Source: Candidatus Marinacidobacterales bacterium
GTDB lineage: Bacteria > Acidobacteriota > Vicinamibacteria > Marinacidobacterales > DATDRI01
Length of the DNA: 64,000 nucleotides
Assembly: GCA_965219415.1 (NCBI GenBank)
Contig: OZ244742.1
Coordinates: 1,568,001-1,632,000, forward strand
Reading direction: 5' to 3'
This document shows, in pieces, positions 40,012 through 50,815 of this stretch. The translations under genes were made by a program, and so were the position numbers. The notes under the pieces were generated by a model. The model made no database searches and was not told the origin of the DNA. It saw only the letters and a program-made list of their open reading frames with translations. How positions within the stretch are numbered: the first letter of the stretch is position 1; the number at the start of each line of letters is the position of its first letter.

Positions 40012-42007
40012 ATGAATAGCAAGCTCAAATTTCGTTCTCTCCGGTTCTCCAGCTCTCTCGCTCTTAGTAATGATTCCGACTTGTGGGGGGTACCGGCTGG
40101 GCACAGGACTCGGCGGCTACAAAGAGGAATCAGCTGTCACCAGCGTCGAGGTCAATCCGGCGGAGCTTTCAGCCGAAGCCGGGCAGGTGCTCACTTTTAC
40201 CGCGGTCGCAAAAGACGAGGCGGGTAACGCGCTCGACGAGGAGCCGAGTATATGGTTCGCGGCACCTTGGGATCTCGCCGCGATGGAGGACGGGACAGTA
40301 ACGCTTCATCGTGCCGGCAAGGTGCGCGTGGGTGCGGTCATCGGTGGCAAGACCGGGTATGCGACCATCGACGTGAAGCCGGCCGCGATTGCCGCGATAG
40401 ATCTCGACCCGCCTGACTCTCCCGTGGTCGTGGGGGGCGAGGCGAAGCTCGAGGCCACGGCGCGCGACTCCCGAGGGGATCCACGAGAAGACGTGGTCTT
40501 CGTCTGGAACGCCGAGGCTCCTTCCATCGCTACGATCGATGAAGGGGGTATCGTCAGCGGAGTATCTCCGGGCCGCGCGACCTTCTCGGCGAGCGCTTAA
40601 GGAACCCTTGGCAGAGTCAGCGTCGACATCGTTGCTGGTCGGGTCGCGTCGTTGTCGATCGCGCCCCGGCCTCCAAGGTCCGAACCGGAGATGTCGTACG
40701 CTTCGTCGCCACCGCGGTGGACAGCGGCGGTGCTCCCGTGGACGATCCCGCCGTCCGCTGGGCGGTCAGTGGCCAGGGAGCCACGATCGAGGAAGACGGA
40801 GCCTTCGTGGCGGAGCGAGCCGGCGTCTTCCCGGTCTTTGGGATCAGTGGAACGGCGGTGGCTTCGGTCTCGGTCATCGTCACTCCCCGCAACGCGGAGC
40901 GAGAGCTCGAGCTCGTCGGAAGAGTGCTGAACAATGAATTTCAGACCGCCGAGCAGTGGATCTTCGACGACTACGCGTATCTCGCCTCCATCGCGGACAA
41001 AGTACAAGTCTTTGACGTGACGGATCCGTCCGCACCGAAGCAGACCGATACCATCACCGTGGATGCCCGTCTCATCAACGACGTGAGTGTCACCCCGGAC
41101 GGCAAGATCGGGGTTCTAACGCGTGAAGGCGCTTCCAGCCGCAAGAACGGTATCGTCTTTCTGGACACCGCCGATCCCGCCCATCCTCAGATCCTCTCGG
41201 AATACACCGAAACGGTGAGCGGAGGTGTCCATAGCGCTTTCATCGACGGTCACTACGTCTATCTCACCGACGACGCGACCGGTTCTTTGCGGATCATCGA
41301 CTTCGAGGACGTGCATGCCCCGCGCGAGGTCGCGCGATGGCAAGTGGAAAGCCCGACCGCCAAGACCATCGTCATGAAGACACCGGAGGGCGAACATCGA
41401 GTCTCCTCCGGCAGGTACCTTCACGATGTCTACGTCAAAGATGGTCTTGCCTACCTCGCCTACTGGCGAGACGGCCTCGTCATTCTCGACGTTGGCCGCG
41501 GCGTCAAGGGAGGCAGCCCGGTGAAGCCACAGTTCGTGAGTCAGCTCCGCTTCAACTATCACGAGCTCTATGGAAACGATTGACGAGGTCTTCCCCGCCC
41601 AGTTCGATCTCAGTTCGAAGAATCGCTTCCCAGTGCGGGGCATTGCCTTTGTCGTCGACGTCTCCGACATCGAGGCCCCGCGCAAGGTCGCGGAATACAA
41701 CGTTCCCGAGGCCGGTGCTCACAATATCTGGGTCGAAGACGGCATTATGTATATGGGCTACTACAACGGTGGGGCTAGGGTGGTCGACGTGTCCGGCGAG
41801 CTCCGCGGGGATCTCTATCGTCAAGGCCGCGAAATCGCCAGGTTCTGGACCGGCGATCCGGACGGCTTTCGGGTCAATCTGCCTTTCGCCTGGGGTGCGA
41901 AGCCCCACGGCGACCTCATTTACTATAATGACCTCAACAACGGGCTCTGGATCCTGAGACTGGGGAAACCGCGGAACAAAGGATCGACGACCGCGCCTGG
42001 CTACTGA
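40012..42007 (+). pseudogene. Secreted Ig-like (BIG2) plus LVIVD-repeat protein with multiple lesions
   Basis: Ig-like segments and repeats (GIVFLD, LRIID, GLVILD, GARVVD) over several frames; in-frame TAA 40598-40600, frameshifts near 40060-40130 and ~40670, frame break at ~41580. Confidence 0.75.
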
Positions 42008-42013
42008 GGAGGT

Positions 42014-43099
42014 CTATCGTTCGACCGTCTTCCAAAAGGCGATCCCGGCGGCCTGCTCACCCACGTCGACCGTGGCAGCAGTCTCGAGGGTCGAGAGGTC
42101 GATGACCTCGACGGTGCCCGGCTCTGAACCAACCCCTTCCACCGATATGAAGACGTACCGATCATCGGGGGCCACCGCCGCTCCATGCACGACTTTCCTC
42201 TTGGTCGGAATGCGGGCCAGTTCCTTGCCGCTTTCCAGATCGAACACCGATACCGACTGACCGCGTTTATTGGTGGCGACTAACCGGCCGTCGCCGGTCG
42301 ATGCGAGGTTGTAGACCCCAGAGCCCGCAGGAAGACGACGGGTGACCGTCCAAGAATCCGTGTCGACCTCGACGATCTCGTCGGACTGGTTACAGGCCAC
42401 ATAGACGAACGCCCCGTCGGCCGAGGGCTCGGCCCACGTTGGCGAGCACGAGATCGGTTGCCTGGGCTGCGCTCCAACTGGCGCTCCGTGCCTTCCGCTC
42501 TCCTTGCCTTACGAGAGTAGAAAATGACGCGCCACCCGGAACGTCCGTGTATCGATCTCGACCAACGTGTCATCCATCATGCAGGTCGAGTACTGTTTCG
42601 TGCCTTGCGGGTTGATCCGAGAACCGTGTGGCATTGTGCAGGTAGGAATGCGTGCCACCTCGAGCATCTCATCCGTGGCAACGACCGAGACCGACGAAGG
42701 GACCGGATCGCCGTGAAGATTGAAATTGACTACGAAAGCGAATGCACCGTCGGGTGTCACCTTTAACGTTGCCGGAAACAACCCCAGGCTGATCCGACTC
42801 ACCACGGAATCGTCTGCGGCCCGATATTTCCAGAGTGAGCCATACGGACGTCCGTGGCCGAGAGACACGTAGTAGAACTCTCCATCGGGAGACACATCGA
42901 CACCATGCGGGCCATCGATATCCACAGGCATCATCCCGGTTTCAATTTCGCGGTCGACGCTTGCACCATCCGGTCCGAAACGAACGCGAACCACCGTGTC
43001 GGCCGATTCGCAAACGACGTAGACCAGATAGTCTTTCGCAGGCGGGTCGTGAGAAGGAGCGAAAGCAAGAAGGACCAGCGGGGCAAGAGCGAACCACAT
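42014..43099 (-). pseudogene. YncE/YVTN beta-propeller protein with a nonsense codon
   Basis: GPHGVDVSPDG, CTMPHGSR, HGAAVAPDD; TAA at 42509-42511 is in frame with the downstream half. Confidence 0.8.
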
Positions 43100-43107
43100 A
43101 TCGCGGG

Positions 43108-43944
43108 CTATTGCTCTCGAATTTTCTTCAGGCGATCCAAAATTCGACGATTCTCCGGGAAATCGACCAGCAAGGCCTCGAGCGTCTCTTGTGCTGCGTC
43201 TTTTTCACTGGCCGCTTGTAAAGCATCTGCTAGGAGTAGTCCTGAGCGGTAAACAAGGCGTCGATTGTCCTCGGAGATCGTAATTCCGTCGAGCGCCGCA
43301 AGAGCCGCGGTTGCATCCCCGCGATCTTCCAGCAAGGACTCCGCCGCCATGAGTTGCACGGAAGCACTCTCTGGAAAGCGTCGGGCCATCTGTTCGAAGA
43401 GTCTCGCCGATTCCTCCGAACGCCCTTGTCTCCTTTCGAGCTGCGCTTGATGATAGATTCCCGCGAGCAAGAGCCGGCCAACATCCTCGGGGTCCCCGGA
43501 GCGAACACCTACTCCACCAGCGTATGAGTACACCAGCTCTCCCCCATGCTCGCTCGCTTCGTAGAGACAAAAGAGTCCGCCGAGGCCGACCAGCGCGCTC
43601 GCGATGTGAAGTGGTCGCGAGCGTCCTCGTTTCTTCAAAACCAGAGCCAGAAGCTCGAGCGCCACCACGAGAAGGAAAACGTTTCGGGTTCGTTCTCCCC
43701 ACTCCTCGTGCTCCTTGACCATATCCCTCGATCCCGGCACGCGCTCCGCCGGTCCGTGGGCATCGTCACCCGATTTAACCGCGACGACGGCCGCTCCGGT
43801 GCCCAGCAACAGCAGGGTCAGTGCGGCAGGGCCGGTGAACGCCACGCGCCCGGTCAAGGAAATCAACCTGAAGAGGATCCCGACCACCAAGAGAGCGATC
43901 GCGAAATGGACTACCGCTGGGTGGTAGTAAGCGAGAGACGGCAC
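43108..43944 (-). CDS. DUF2231 membrane protein with TPR-like C-terminus
   Basis: HPAVVHFAIALL, EHEEWG, HGGELVY. Confidence 0.8.
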   Translation of the reverse strand: MPSLAYYHPAVVHFAIALLVVGILFRLISLTGRVAFTGPAALTLLLLGTGAAVVAVKSGDDAHGPAERVPGSRDMVKEHEEWGERTRNVFLLVVALELLALVLKKRGRSRPLHIASALVGLGGLFCLYEASEHGGELVYSYAGGVGVRSGDPEDVGRLLLAGIYHQAQLERRQGRSEESARLFEQMARRFPESASVQLMAAESLLEDRGDATAALAALDGITISEDNRRLVYRSGLLLADALQAASEKDAAQETLEALLVDFPENRRILDRLKKIREQ

Positions 43945-43948
43945 GACG

Positions 43949-44416
43949 CTAGTCGCCCAGCTGAGCGTGGAGAAGCGAGAACATCTCTCCCACTTTTTTT
44001 CGAACCTGAGGATTAGCCCTGGCCAGGTCGGTAACGATCTCGTCCCGCCGTGCCGAGATGCTTTTGAGGGCCTGCAGCTTGCTCTCGGAAAGCGACGGAC
44101 TCTTTTCCAAATAACTCGTCAAGCCGTCGAAAAATGGAGTCACCTTGTCCGCGGCTATCCCGAAGTTGTTGTCGTTGACATCGATGAAAATCTCCCCGAG
44201 TCTTCCCAAGAGGTCCGCCATTCCAAGGACTAGCTGCGCTTGCTGGAGAGCCGCCTGGGTTTTTTGAGTCTCGGCCTCGGCAGCACCCACCGATGCCTCC
44301 AAAACGCTCATGGCCTGGCGGGCAGGAAGATGGGCGGTCGGATAGCCGGCACCGAATGCGACCACAATGGCAACCAAGCCGATTATGGTCCACTTGCCGC
44401 TCGACATACTTGACAT
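43949..44416 (-). CDS. Hypothetical membrane-anchored coiled-coil protein
   Basis: RBS GAGGAGGTG before ATG 44416; N-terminal TM segment; NNFGIAA. Confidence 0.6.
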   Translation of the reverse strand: MSSMSSGKWTIIGLVAIVVAFGAGYPTAHLPARQAMSVLEASVGAAEAETQKTQAALQQAQLVLGMADLLGRLGEIFIDVNDNNFGIAADKVTPFFDGLTSYLEKSPSLSESKLQALKSISARRDEIVTDLARANPQVRKKVGEMFSLLHAQLGD

Positions 44417-44491
44417 TGGGGGACACCTCCTCGTTCGACGGCGAAGAACAGACGTTCTCGAAGCCGGCATCATAACATGCGGTAAAGCCTT

Positions 44492-44500
44492 TGCTATAAT
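44492..44500 (+). promoter_or_regulatory. Extended -10 promoter element
   Basis: TG-C-TATAAT upstream of the GGAGGT RBS and TTG 44524. Confidence 0.55.
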
Positions 44501-44523
44501 CCCCTTTCGTCGGAGGTACAATC

Positions 44524-45132
44524 TTGGCTTTCGGTTCTCATTTCAAGCGTAGCTTGTTCGCCGGTCTGGTGGTCGTCGTGCCGCTCCTGGTTACCGGTTT
44601 CGTTCTGGTCTGGCTTGCCCGGCTCATCGAAGGCTTGATGGCTCCGGTATTGTCGTGGGCTCTCGGTAGATCCGTTCCGGGGCTCGGCTTCGTCGCCGCG
44701 CTGACGGTGGTCATCGTCGTGGGCATCGTCGCGACGACCGTGGTGGGTGGCAAGATCCTGGCGCGGGGTGAAGACTTGCTGACTCGGATTCCTCTTTTCA
44801 AAGACATCTACGTGCCAGTCAAGCAACTGATCGGTGCCTTTTCCCCGGCGAACGAATCCGGCTTCAAAAAAGTCGTACTGGTTCCCCACGCGCAGGGAGG
44901 TAGCCTCCGATTAGGCTTTCTCACCCGCGAGTTCGAGATGAATGATGCGGACGGCCGAGCCGTGAGCTGGGCGGCGGTCTACCTTCCGACCAACCACCTG
45001 TACCTGGGCGACGTCTACTGTTTTCCGAGAGAGTCTCTGGTGGACCCGGCGCTAACGGTCGAAGAAGGGGTGCGAATCGTCCTCACGGGGGGGACGTCCT
45101 TCCCGCCTAAGGTAAGACTCGAACCGGAGTAG
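44524..45132 (+). CDS. DUF502 membrane protein
   Basis: FAGLVVVVPLLVT, RIPLFKDIY, FKKVVLV, LGFLT, VYLPT, LTVEEGVRIVLTGG. Confidence 0.88.
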   Translation: MAFGSHFKRSLFAGLVVVVPLLVTGFVLVWLARLIEGLMAPVLSWALGRSVPGLGFVAALTVVIVVGIVATTVVGGKILARGEDLLTRIPLFKDIYVPVKQLIGAFSPANESGFKKVVLVPHAQGGSLRLGFLTREFEMNDADGRAVSWAAVYLPTNHLYLGDVYCFPRESLVDPALTVEEGVRIVLTGGTSFPPKVRLEPE

Positions 45133-45982
45133 GTGTAACGCGCTTGCGGCGCGAGGTCGTCGGGCGAAACAAAATAAAAGTAAGGTCATCGGCCTTCGAA
45201 GGGGCTCTGCCGCTATCTTCCCTCATACGCGAACGCCCGCGCTCCGCCAGCCATGTTCATGGCCTTGGCCAGTGATCCTTTCCTTATATAGTCGACGATC
45301 TCTTCGTTCTTCAGGTTATCGACCAGCCCATCGCTGGCGATCAGCAGAGTGTCTCGAGCCGCAGCTCGAGCGCAGAGCCGACGTCGATTCGCATGTCGTC
45401 GACCCCCACCACGTTGGAAACGATGTGACGATCCTCATGCTGCAGGGCCTCCTTTTCGTCGAGGAAACCTCCCTCGAGACCGTATCCCACCGGCGAGTGG
45501 GAAATGCTCTGCAACTTGATCTTCCCTTGCTGTCCAACTGCAAGAATCGGTGAGTCACCTACGTGATAGGGCCGGATCTTCCTACCCTGAACCTCCACCA
45601 CCGCTAACGTCGTCCCGGCACCCACTCCGAGGCCTAACACGGCGCGGTTGGCCGCTTCGAACCCATCCAGAATGGCGCCTCTCAAGTTTCCCTTGTTTCC
45701 GAGACCGTTCTCGAACACATTTTTCAGGGCCCTCACCGCGAGGTTCGACGCTTCCATCCCGGCGCGAGCCCCTCCTAGGCCATCGGCGACCGCGAGTACG
45801 CAAGCCTCGTCACCACACGGAATGAGCACCGCAGCGTCCTCATTCGGCGTTTCCTTTCCCGGACAACGCGAGGGATAGACCGCGGCCACGCCCGACCCAA
45901 TCCCCAGCAACAGACCCTCGTTCATGTCCTCGTCGACGACGACTCTGGTGCGTAGCTCCGAGAGGAGCCCGTTTACTTCCAT
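45107..45982 (-). pseudogene. PP2C/SpoIIE-family phosphatase with two frameshifts
   Basis: NEDA, VADGLGG, GTT, HVGDS; LIASDGLVDN and KADDLT continue in other frames (shifts near 45360 and 45254). Confidence 0.8.
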
Positions 45983-46713
45983 TGCATCATCTCGAGGTGC
46001 TGTCGGAGGTGCGAGGTGGTCGGGAAGCGGTCGAGGATCAGCGAGCGTTTCAGCCCGCAGCAGATGTCTTTGATTTCACCAGGCTGATTCTTGTAGCGTG
46101 CCGACCCCCCGGTCGCGTCATAGAAGATACGAACTAGGTTACAGATGTCGTCTTGGATGTTTTCCCTCTTGGGCGCCGTCCAATGGAACATGTCCAGCAG
46201 TTTCAAGTCGAAACGCAGTCCGTAGCGGCTGACGATGATGTTCTCATCGTGGAGATCCCCGTGGTACTCGCGGAGGCTATGCACGGCCTCGATTCCCACT
46301 ACCAAAGAGTGAAGGAGGTGCACTGCCTGAAAGGGGCTGATGCGTTTACCCGGTTGCTGCTTAAGGAACTCACTGAGAAGGATTCCTTCCACGTACTCGG
46401 ACACGAGAACGGTAATCGCGGCGCCACGGAATTGAATCGTCTCCTCGGTGTTGTACTGAATGACGATTGGGCAGTGGCGGAGCTTGTGAAGCTTCCGAGC
46501 GTAAAAGCTCGAGGTCTTGTTACGAACGTTCCGCTGCGGGAAAAATAGCTTGGCGGCACGTTCGATACCGGTGTTTTTCTCTCGAATCTTATAGACTTCG
46601 CCTTCCCATCCGGCTCCGAGCAACGAAATGACTTCGTACTTGCGCGCGATGACGCGTCCCGGCGACAAGTCGAATGAGTCTACCTTCGCCTCTTGCTTCC
46701 CGTTCTTTGGCAC
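45973..46713 (-). CDS. Minimal Ser/Thr protein kinase
   Basis: LGAGWEGEVYK, AAKLF, HGDLHDENII, DMF in the DFG position; overlaps the PP2C start. Confidence 0.8.
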   Translation of the reverse strand: MPKNGKQEAKVDSFDLSPGRVIARKYEVISLLGAGWEGEVYKIREKNTGIERAAKLFFPQRNVRNKTSSFYARKLHKLRHCPIVIQYNTEETIQFRGAAITVLVSEYVEGILLSEFLKQQPGKRISPFQAVHLLHSLVVGIEAVHSLREYHGDLHDENIIVSRYGLRFDLKLLDMFHWTAPKRENIQDDICNLVRIFYDATGGSARYKNQPGEIKDICCGLKRSLILDRFPTTSHLRQHLEMMQWK

Positions 46714-46867
46714 TCTTCGGTCGATTCTTGTGTGTTTGAGGGTTGTTGTACCCCACTGCGCGCTTCACTGAATAGACGTTCCGCCAGCGTTTAATCTTCA
46801 ACTAGTCGTCGAACCTGCCCCTCCTGCCCGAGCTGTCCAGCCTATTCCAGGCGTTGGTTCCCGCGTC

Positions 46868-46896
46868 TTGACACACGGCGGGGATCGAGACACAAT
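46868..46896 (+). promoter_or_regulatory. sigma70-type promoter upstream of ppk1
   Basis: TTGACA-N17-CACAAT. Confidence 0.55.
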
Positions 46897-46998
46897 CTCC
46901 CGTCGTCTATCCTCTCCTACGTTTTCGAGGCGCGGTTGTGACCCCGCTGACAGCCTGACAAACTGAAAAGGCCGCGGTCCCTACCGAAAAAGGACGCA

Positions 46999-49134
46999 GT
47001 GAAAGCCAAGTTCACCAACAAGGAAATCAGCTGGCTGTCGTTCAACGCCAGAGTGCTCCAAGAAGCGGCTGACCCGAGCGTCCCACTCCTCGAGCGCCTG
47101 AAGTTTCTTGGGATATTCTCGTCGAATATGGACGAGTTTTTTCGCGTTCGGGTGGCAACGCTTCGTCGCCTTTCCAACATCGGCAAGAAAGCCAAGAAGG
47201 TGGTGGGCCAGGATCCGAAGAAAATCCTCAAGAAGATCGGAGAAATATCGGTCGCCCAGTACAAGCTGTTCGATTCTGTCTACGAGGAGATCCTAAGAGG
47301 GCTGGCAAAGGACAGGATCTTCATCATTGACGAGAAACAACTCACCGCCGAGCAGGGTGAGTTCGTCAAGTCGTATTTTCGGCGCAAGGTTCGTCCCAAG
47401 CTCATGCCGATCATGTTGGACCAAACGTCAACCTTCCCCCGTTTGCGCGACGACGCCATCTATCTCGCGATTTCCTTCCCCAAGGATCAAAAGAGCTCGA
47501 AGAACCGATACGCCCTGATTGAGGTTCCCAGCAATGGCGTTTCACGATTCCTGCTGCTTCCGCCGATCGATGGAGCCCAATATATCGTTTTACTCGATGA
47601 CATCGTCCGCTATTGTCTCCCGGATATCTTCTCCTTGTTCTCCTTGTCCGATATTTCAACCCTTGAGGCCTACACGGTCAAGGTAACTCGCGACGCAGAG
47701 CTCGACATCGACAACGATCTCACGGAAAGCTACGTGAGGAAGGTTTCCAAAGGCGTCAAGCAAAGAAAGAAGGGCAATCCGGTTCGGTTCGTCTACGATG
47801 CGAACATCTCCGAACCACTACTAGAATTCTTGACCAAGAAACTTCGGCTAACCAAGGAGGACACCCGAATACCCGGCTCGAAATATCACAACTTCAAAGA
47901 TTTCGTTGCCTTTCCGAAGGTCGGCCCCAGTAGTTTGCGGTACGGGCCCAAAACGCCGGTTCCGGTGAAACGCCTCGAGCCGGCCAAAGGTGTCCTCGCC
48001 GCTGTGGCCAAGAACGATATTCTGCTCCACTGCGCGTACCAGTCGTTCGACCACGTCCTGGCCTTGCTGAGAGAAGCCGCCATCGACCGGAATGTGACCT
48101 CCATCAAAATCTCACTCTACCGTATCGCGCGGGACTCCGGTGTGGTAAGCGCCCTGATCAACGCCGTTCGCAACGGTAAGCAGGTCACCGCAGTCGTAGA
48201 GCTTCAGGCTCGGTTCGACGAAGAGGCCAACATCCTCCTCTCCACCAAATTTCAGGAAGAGGGAGTGCGTGTCATTTACGGTGTACCCGGACTGAAGGTT
48301 CACGGAAAGCTGTGCCTCATCACGAGGAAACAGCGGCGTCGAGAAGTTTTATCCGCGTGCCTCGGCACGGGAAATTTCAACGAAGATACCAGTACCATCT
48401 ACAGCGATCACTGCTTGCTCACCTCCGACGAGCGATTGACCCACGAGGTCGCATCGGTGTTCGACTTCTTCGAGAACAAGTACCGGTTCGGCAATTACAA
48501 GCACCTACTGGTGTCCCCTTTCAACGCACGTAAAAGGTTTGCCAAACTAATACGAACCGAGATCCGAAATGCTCGCAAGGATAAAAAATCGTACATCATT
48601 GCGAAATTGAACAACCTGGCCGATCCGGACATGATGCGGCTGCTCTACCAGGCCAGCAACGCCGGCGTCAAGGTGCAATTGAACATCAGGGGCATGTTCT
48701 CGCTGGTACCCGGACTGCCCGGACTCAGTGAGAATATCGAAGCGATAGGCATTGTCGATCGATTCTTAGAACACTCTCGCATGATGGTGTTCTCTAACGG
48801 TGGCGCCCCGAAGTACTTCTTATCCTCCACCGATTGGATGACGAGAAACCTGGACGGGCGCGTCGAAGTGACGTTTCCTATCTACGATGCTTCTCTTCAA
48901 GAAGAGATTCGATCTTTTCTCCAAATTCAATGGCAGGACAACGTCAAGGCTAGGCTTCTCGACGAGAAGCTAGGGAACACCTACCGTGAGGCCACCTCAC
49001 CAGAGAGAGTCCGCGCCCAAGACGACATCTATGACCTATTAATGAACTTGCACAGCGGAGAGGAAGGAAAGCCCAGTCAACCTAGCCGACCCAGCAAGGT
49101 CGCCCAGTTCCCCCGAACAGCATCATCCTCTTGA
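46999..49134 (+). CDS. ppk1: Polyphosphate kinase 1
   Basis: NKEISWLSFNARVLQEA, FSSNMDEFFRVRVA, VELQARFDEEAN, KVHGK, GTGNFN, DRFLEHSR, DWMTRNLD. Confidence 0.95.
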   Translation: MKAKFTNKEISWLSFNARVLQEAADPSVPLLERLKFLGIFSSNMDEFFRVRVATLRRLSNIGKKAKKVVGQDPKKILKKIGEISVAQYKLFDSVYEEILRGLAKDRIFIIDEKQLTAEQGEFVKSYFRRKVRPKLMPIMLDQTSTFPRLRDDAIYLAISFPKDQKSSKNRYALIEVPSNGVSRFLLLPPIDGAQYIVLLDDIVRYCLPDIFSLFSLSDISTLEAYTVKVTRDAELDIDNDLTESYVRKVSKGVKQRKKGNPVRFVYDANISEPLLEFLTKKLRLTKEDTRIPGSKYHNFKDFVAFPKVGPSSLRYGPKTPVPVKRLEPAKGVLAAVAKNDILLHCAYQSFDHVLALLREAAIDRNVTSIKISLYRIARDSGVVSALINAVRNGKQVTAVVELQARFDEEANILLSTKFQEEGVRVIYGVPGLKVHGKLCLITRKQRRREVLSACLGTGNFNEDTSTIYSDHCLLTSDERLTHEVASVFDFFENKYRFGNYKHLLVSPFNARKRFAKLIRTEIRNARKDKKSYIIAKLNNLADPDMMRLLYQASNAGVKVQLNIRGMFSLVPGLPGLSENIEAIGIVDRFLEHSRMMVFSNGGAPKYFLSSTDWMTRNLDGRVEVTFPIYDASLQEEIRSFLQIQWQDNVKARLLDEKLGNTYREATSPERVRAQDDIYDLLMNLHSGEEGKPSQPSRPSKVAQFPRTASSS

Positions 49135-49147
49135 GTGAGCAACGTTA

Positions 49148-50782
49148 GTGACGAAGCTCCCGCCCGAGCTCTTGGATCGGCAACCCGAGGAAGTGTCTCG
49201 CGTTCTCGCCCTATCCTTGGTCGAGGAGGCCGCCACTGCCCTGGAGCGGATGGGAAACCCCGAAGATGACGAGGCCCTGCACGATTTCCGCGTCGGGCTG
49301 CGTAGACTTCGGAGTGCTATTCGGGCTTACCGCCTATACCTGAAGGATAGCGTTCCCGCGAAAACACGGAAGGCACTCCAGTCTCTCGCTGCATCCACCA
49401 ACAGCGCACGCGACACAGAGGTTCAACTAGCCTGGATCCAGGCCCAGGGGCCACGATTAAACGAGACGGAGAAGATCGGAGTTCGCTGGCTGGCCGAGAA
49501 ACTGGAGGCGACCGGTGAGGACCCTCGCGACGACCGGCTACGGAGCCTTTCACAAAGTTTCAACCTGATTCGGAAAGTCCTGACCAAAAGACTTTCTTTT
49601 TGGAAAGTTCGTCTCGACGTCGCCGACCAGGACAAGAATCCGTCGTTCCGGAAAGTGACAGGCACCATCTTACTGCAGCAACTTGCGACCCTGGTTGCCC
49701 AGCTCGACGCCATCCACGCACCCGAGGACGACACTCAGGCTCATTCGGCCAGAATCAGTGCTAAACGACTTCGCTACCTGTTGGAACCACTGAGCGGAGC
49801 CGTTCCAGGGACGAAGGCCGTAGTGAAACAGTTCAAGCGGCTGCAAGACCTACTGGGCGACCTGCACGACAGCAATCTCATGGTCGCAGAGATCGGTTCT
49901 GCGATGGAGGCCTCGGCCATCGAACGGGCTCGCCGTCTGCACGAGCTCGCCTTTCGGCACGAAGAACAGGTCAATCCGGTAGGCCCGGACGAAAACCCCG
50001 GGTTACTCGCCCTGGCGAGATTGCTAAAGGAGAGACGCCAAGCGCTCTTCACGCGAGTCAAAACCGAATGGCAAGGCGCCCGACTCGCGAAGTTTCGCGC
50101 CAAGCTCGAGGAGCTCGGAGACCAAATGAGCTCGTTCGGAGATGATCGGCGCGCCATCCGCCGTTACGTTCTCCACCGAGCGCCAGACGAGATGAGACGC
50201 TACCCCAGCACGTTGATCCAGGAGGGGTGGCTTCCAGGCGCTAACATCGAAGAGTTTCTGAGAAGGGTGCGCACCAGTGAAGGCGTTCGCTACTTCCGCA
50301 TCATTCCCGAGAATACAGAAACCAGGGGAACCGCTCGGGAAGAATCCATATCCCGGCGGATCTTCGAGAGTTTTTGGCCGTTGACTGCGAAGCGACGGAT
50401 AAGAAAGCGGCGCTACGAGGTTTCGGACGGTTCCCGAACGTGGCACGTCGACGTCTTCGCGGGTATCGGGCTAGTGCTTGCAGAGACTAACGCGCTCCCC
50501 GATGAGCCCCCTGAAGAAGAGCTACATCTGCCCGACTGGCTTGCCGGGTACGTGAAAAGAGAAGTCACCGGCGACAACAAGTACTTGCGCCCGTATGCGA
50601 TTCGCCAAAAGGGAGTACGGCGACGAAAGACTAGCCCGTTGAGCGCTCGGGCGAACTCGAGCCCAACCCGGCCCCCGAGGAGAAGGGCGGTCCGCGTTTT
50701 GGAGGAAAAGCCTCCTAGCAATGGGCGCGATAGAAGCCTTCCTCCTCAAGCCTCCCCGGACGTCGGCCCGGAAAAACAGTAG
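49148..50782 (+). CDS. CHAD (N-terminal) plus degenerate CYTH-like (C-terminal) protein
   Basis: EALHDFRVGLRRLRS, HSARISAKRLRY, LQDLLGDLHD; then IQEGWL, REESISRRIFESFW, KRRYEV, WHVDVF, REVTGD. Confidence 0.85.
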   Translation: MTKLPPELLDRQPEEVSRVLALSLVEEAATALERMGNPEDDEALHDFRVGLRRLRSAIRAYRLYLKDSVPAKTRKALQSLAASTNSARDTEVQLAWIQAQGPRLNETEKIGVRWLAEKLEATGEDPRDDRLRSLSQSFNLIRKVLTKRLSFWKVRLDVADQDKNPSFRKVTGTILLQQLATLVAQLDAIHAPEDDTQAHSARISAKRLRYLLEPLSGAVPGTKAVVKQFKRLQDLLGDLHDSNLMVAEIGSAMEASAIERARRLHELAFRHEEQVNPVGPDENPGLLALARLLKERRQALFTRVKTEWQGARLAKFRAKLEELGDQMSSFGDDRRAIRRYVLHRAPDEMRRYPSTLIQEGWLPGANIEEFLRRVRTSEGVRYFRIIPENTETRGTAREESISRRIFESFWPLTAKRRIRKRRYEVSDGSRTWHVDVFAGIGLVLAETNALPDEPPEEELHLPDWLAGYVKREVTGDNKYLRPYAIRQKGVRRRKTSPLSARANSSPTRPPRRRAVRVLEEKPPSNGRDRSLPPQASPDVGPEKQ

Positions 50783-50815
50783 TCAAGCAATACTCGAGGT
50801 CTCGTCGCAACGGCC

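Noticed and set aside
46947-46970. Pho box upstream of ppk1 (CTGACAGC CTGACAAA CTGAAAAG)
   Set aside because: Period is 8 bp, not the 11 bp of PhoB boxes, and it lies downstream of the predicted promoter
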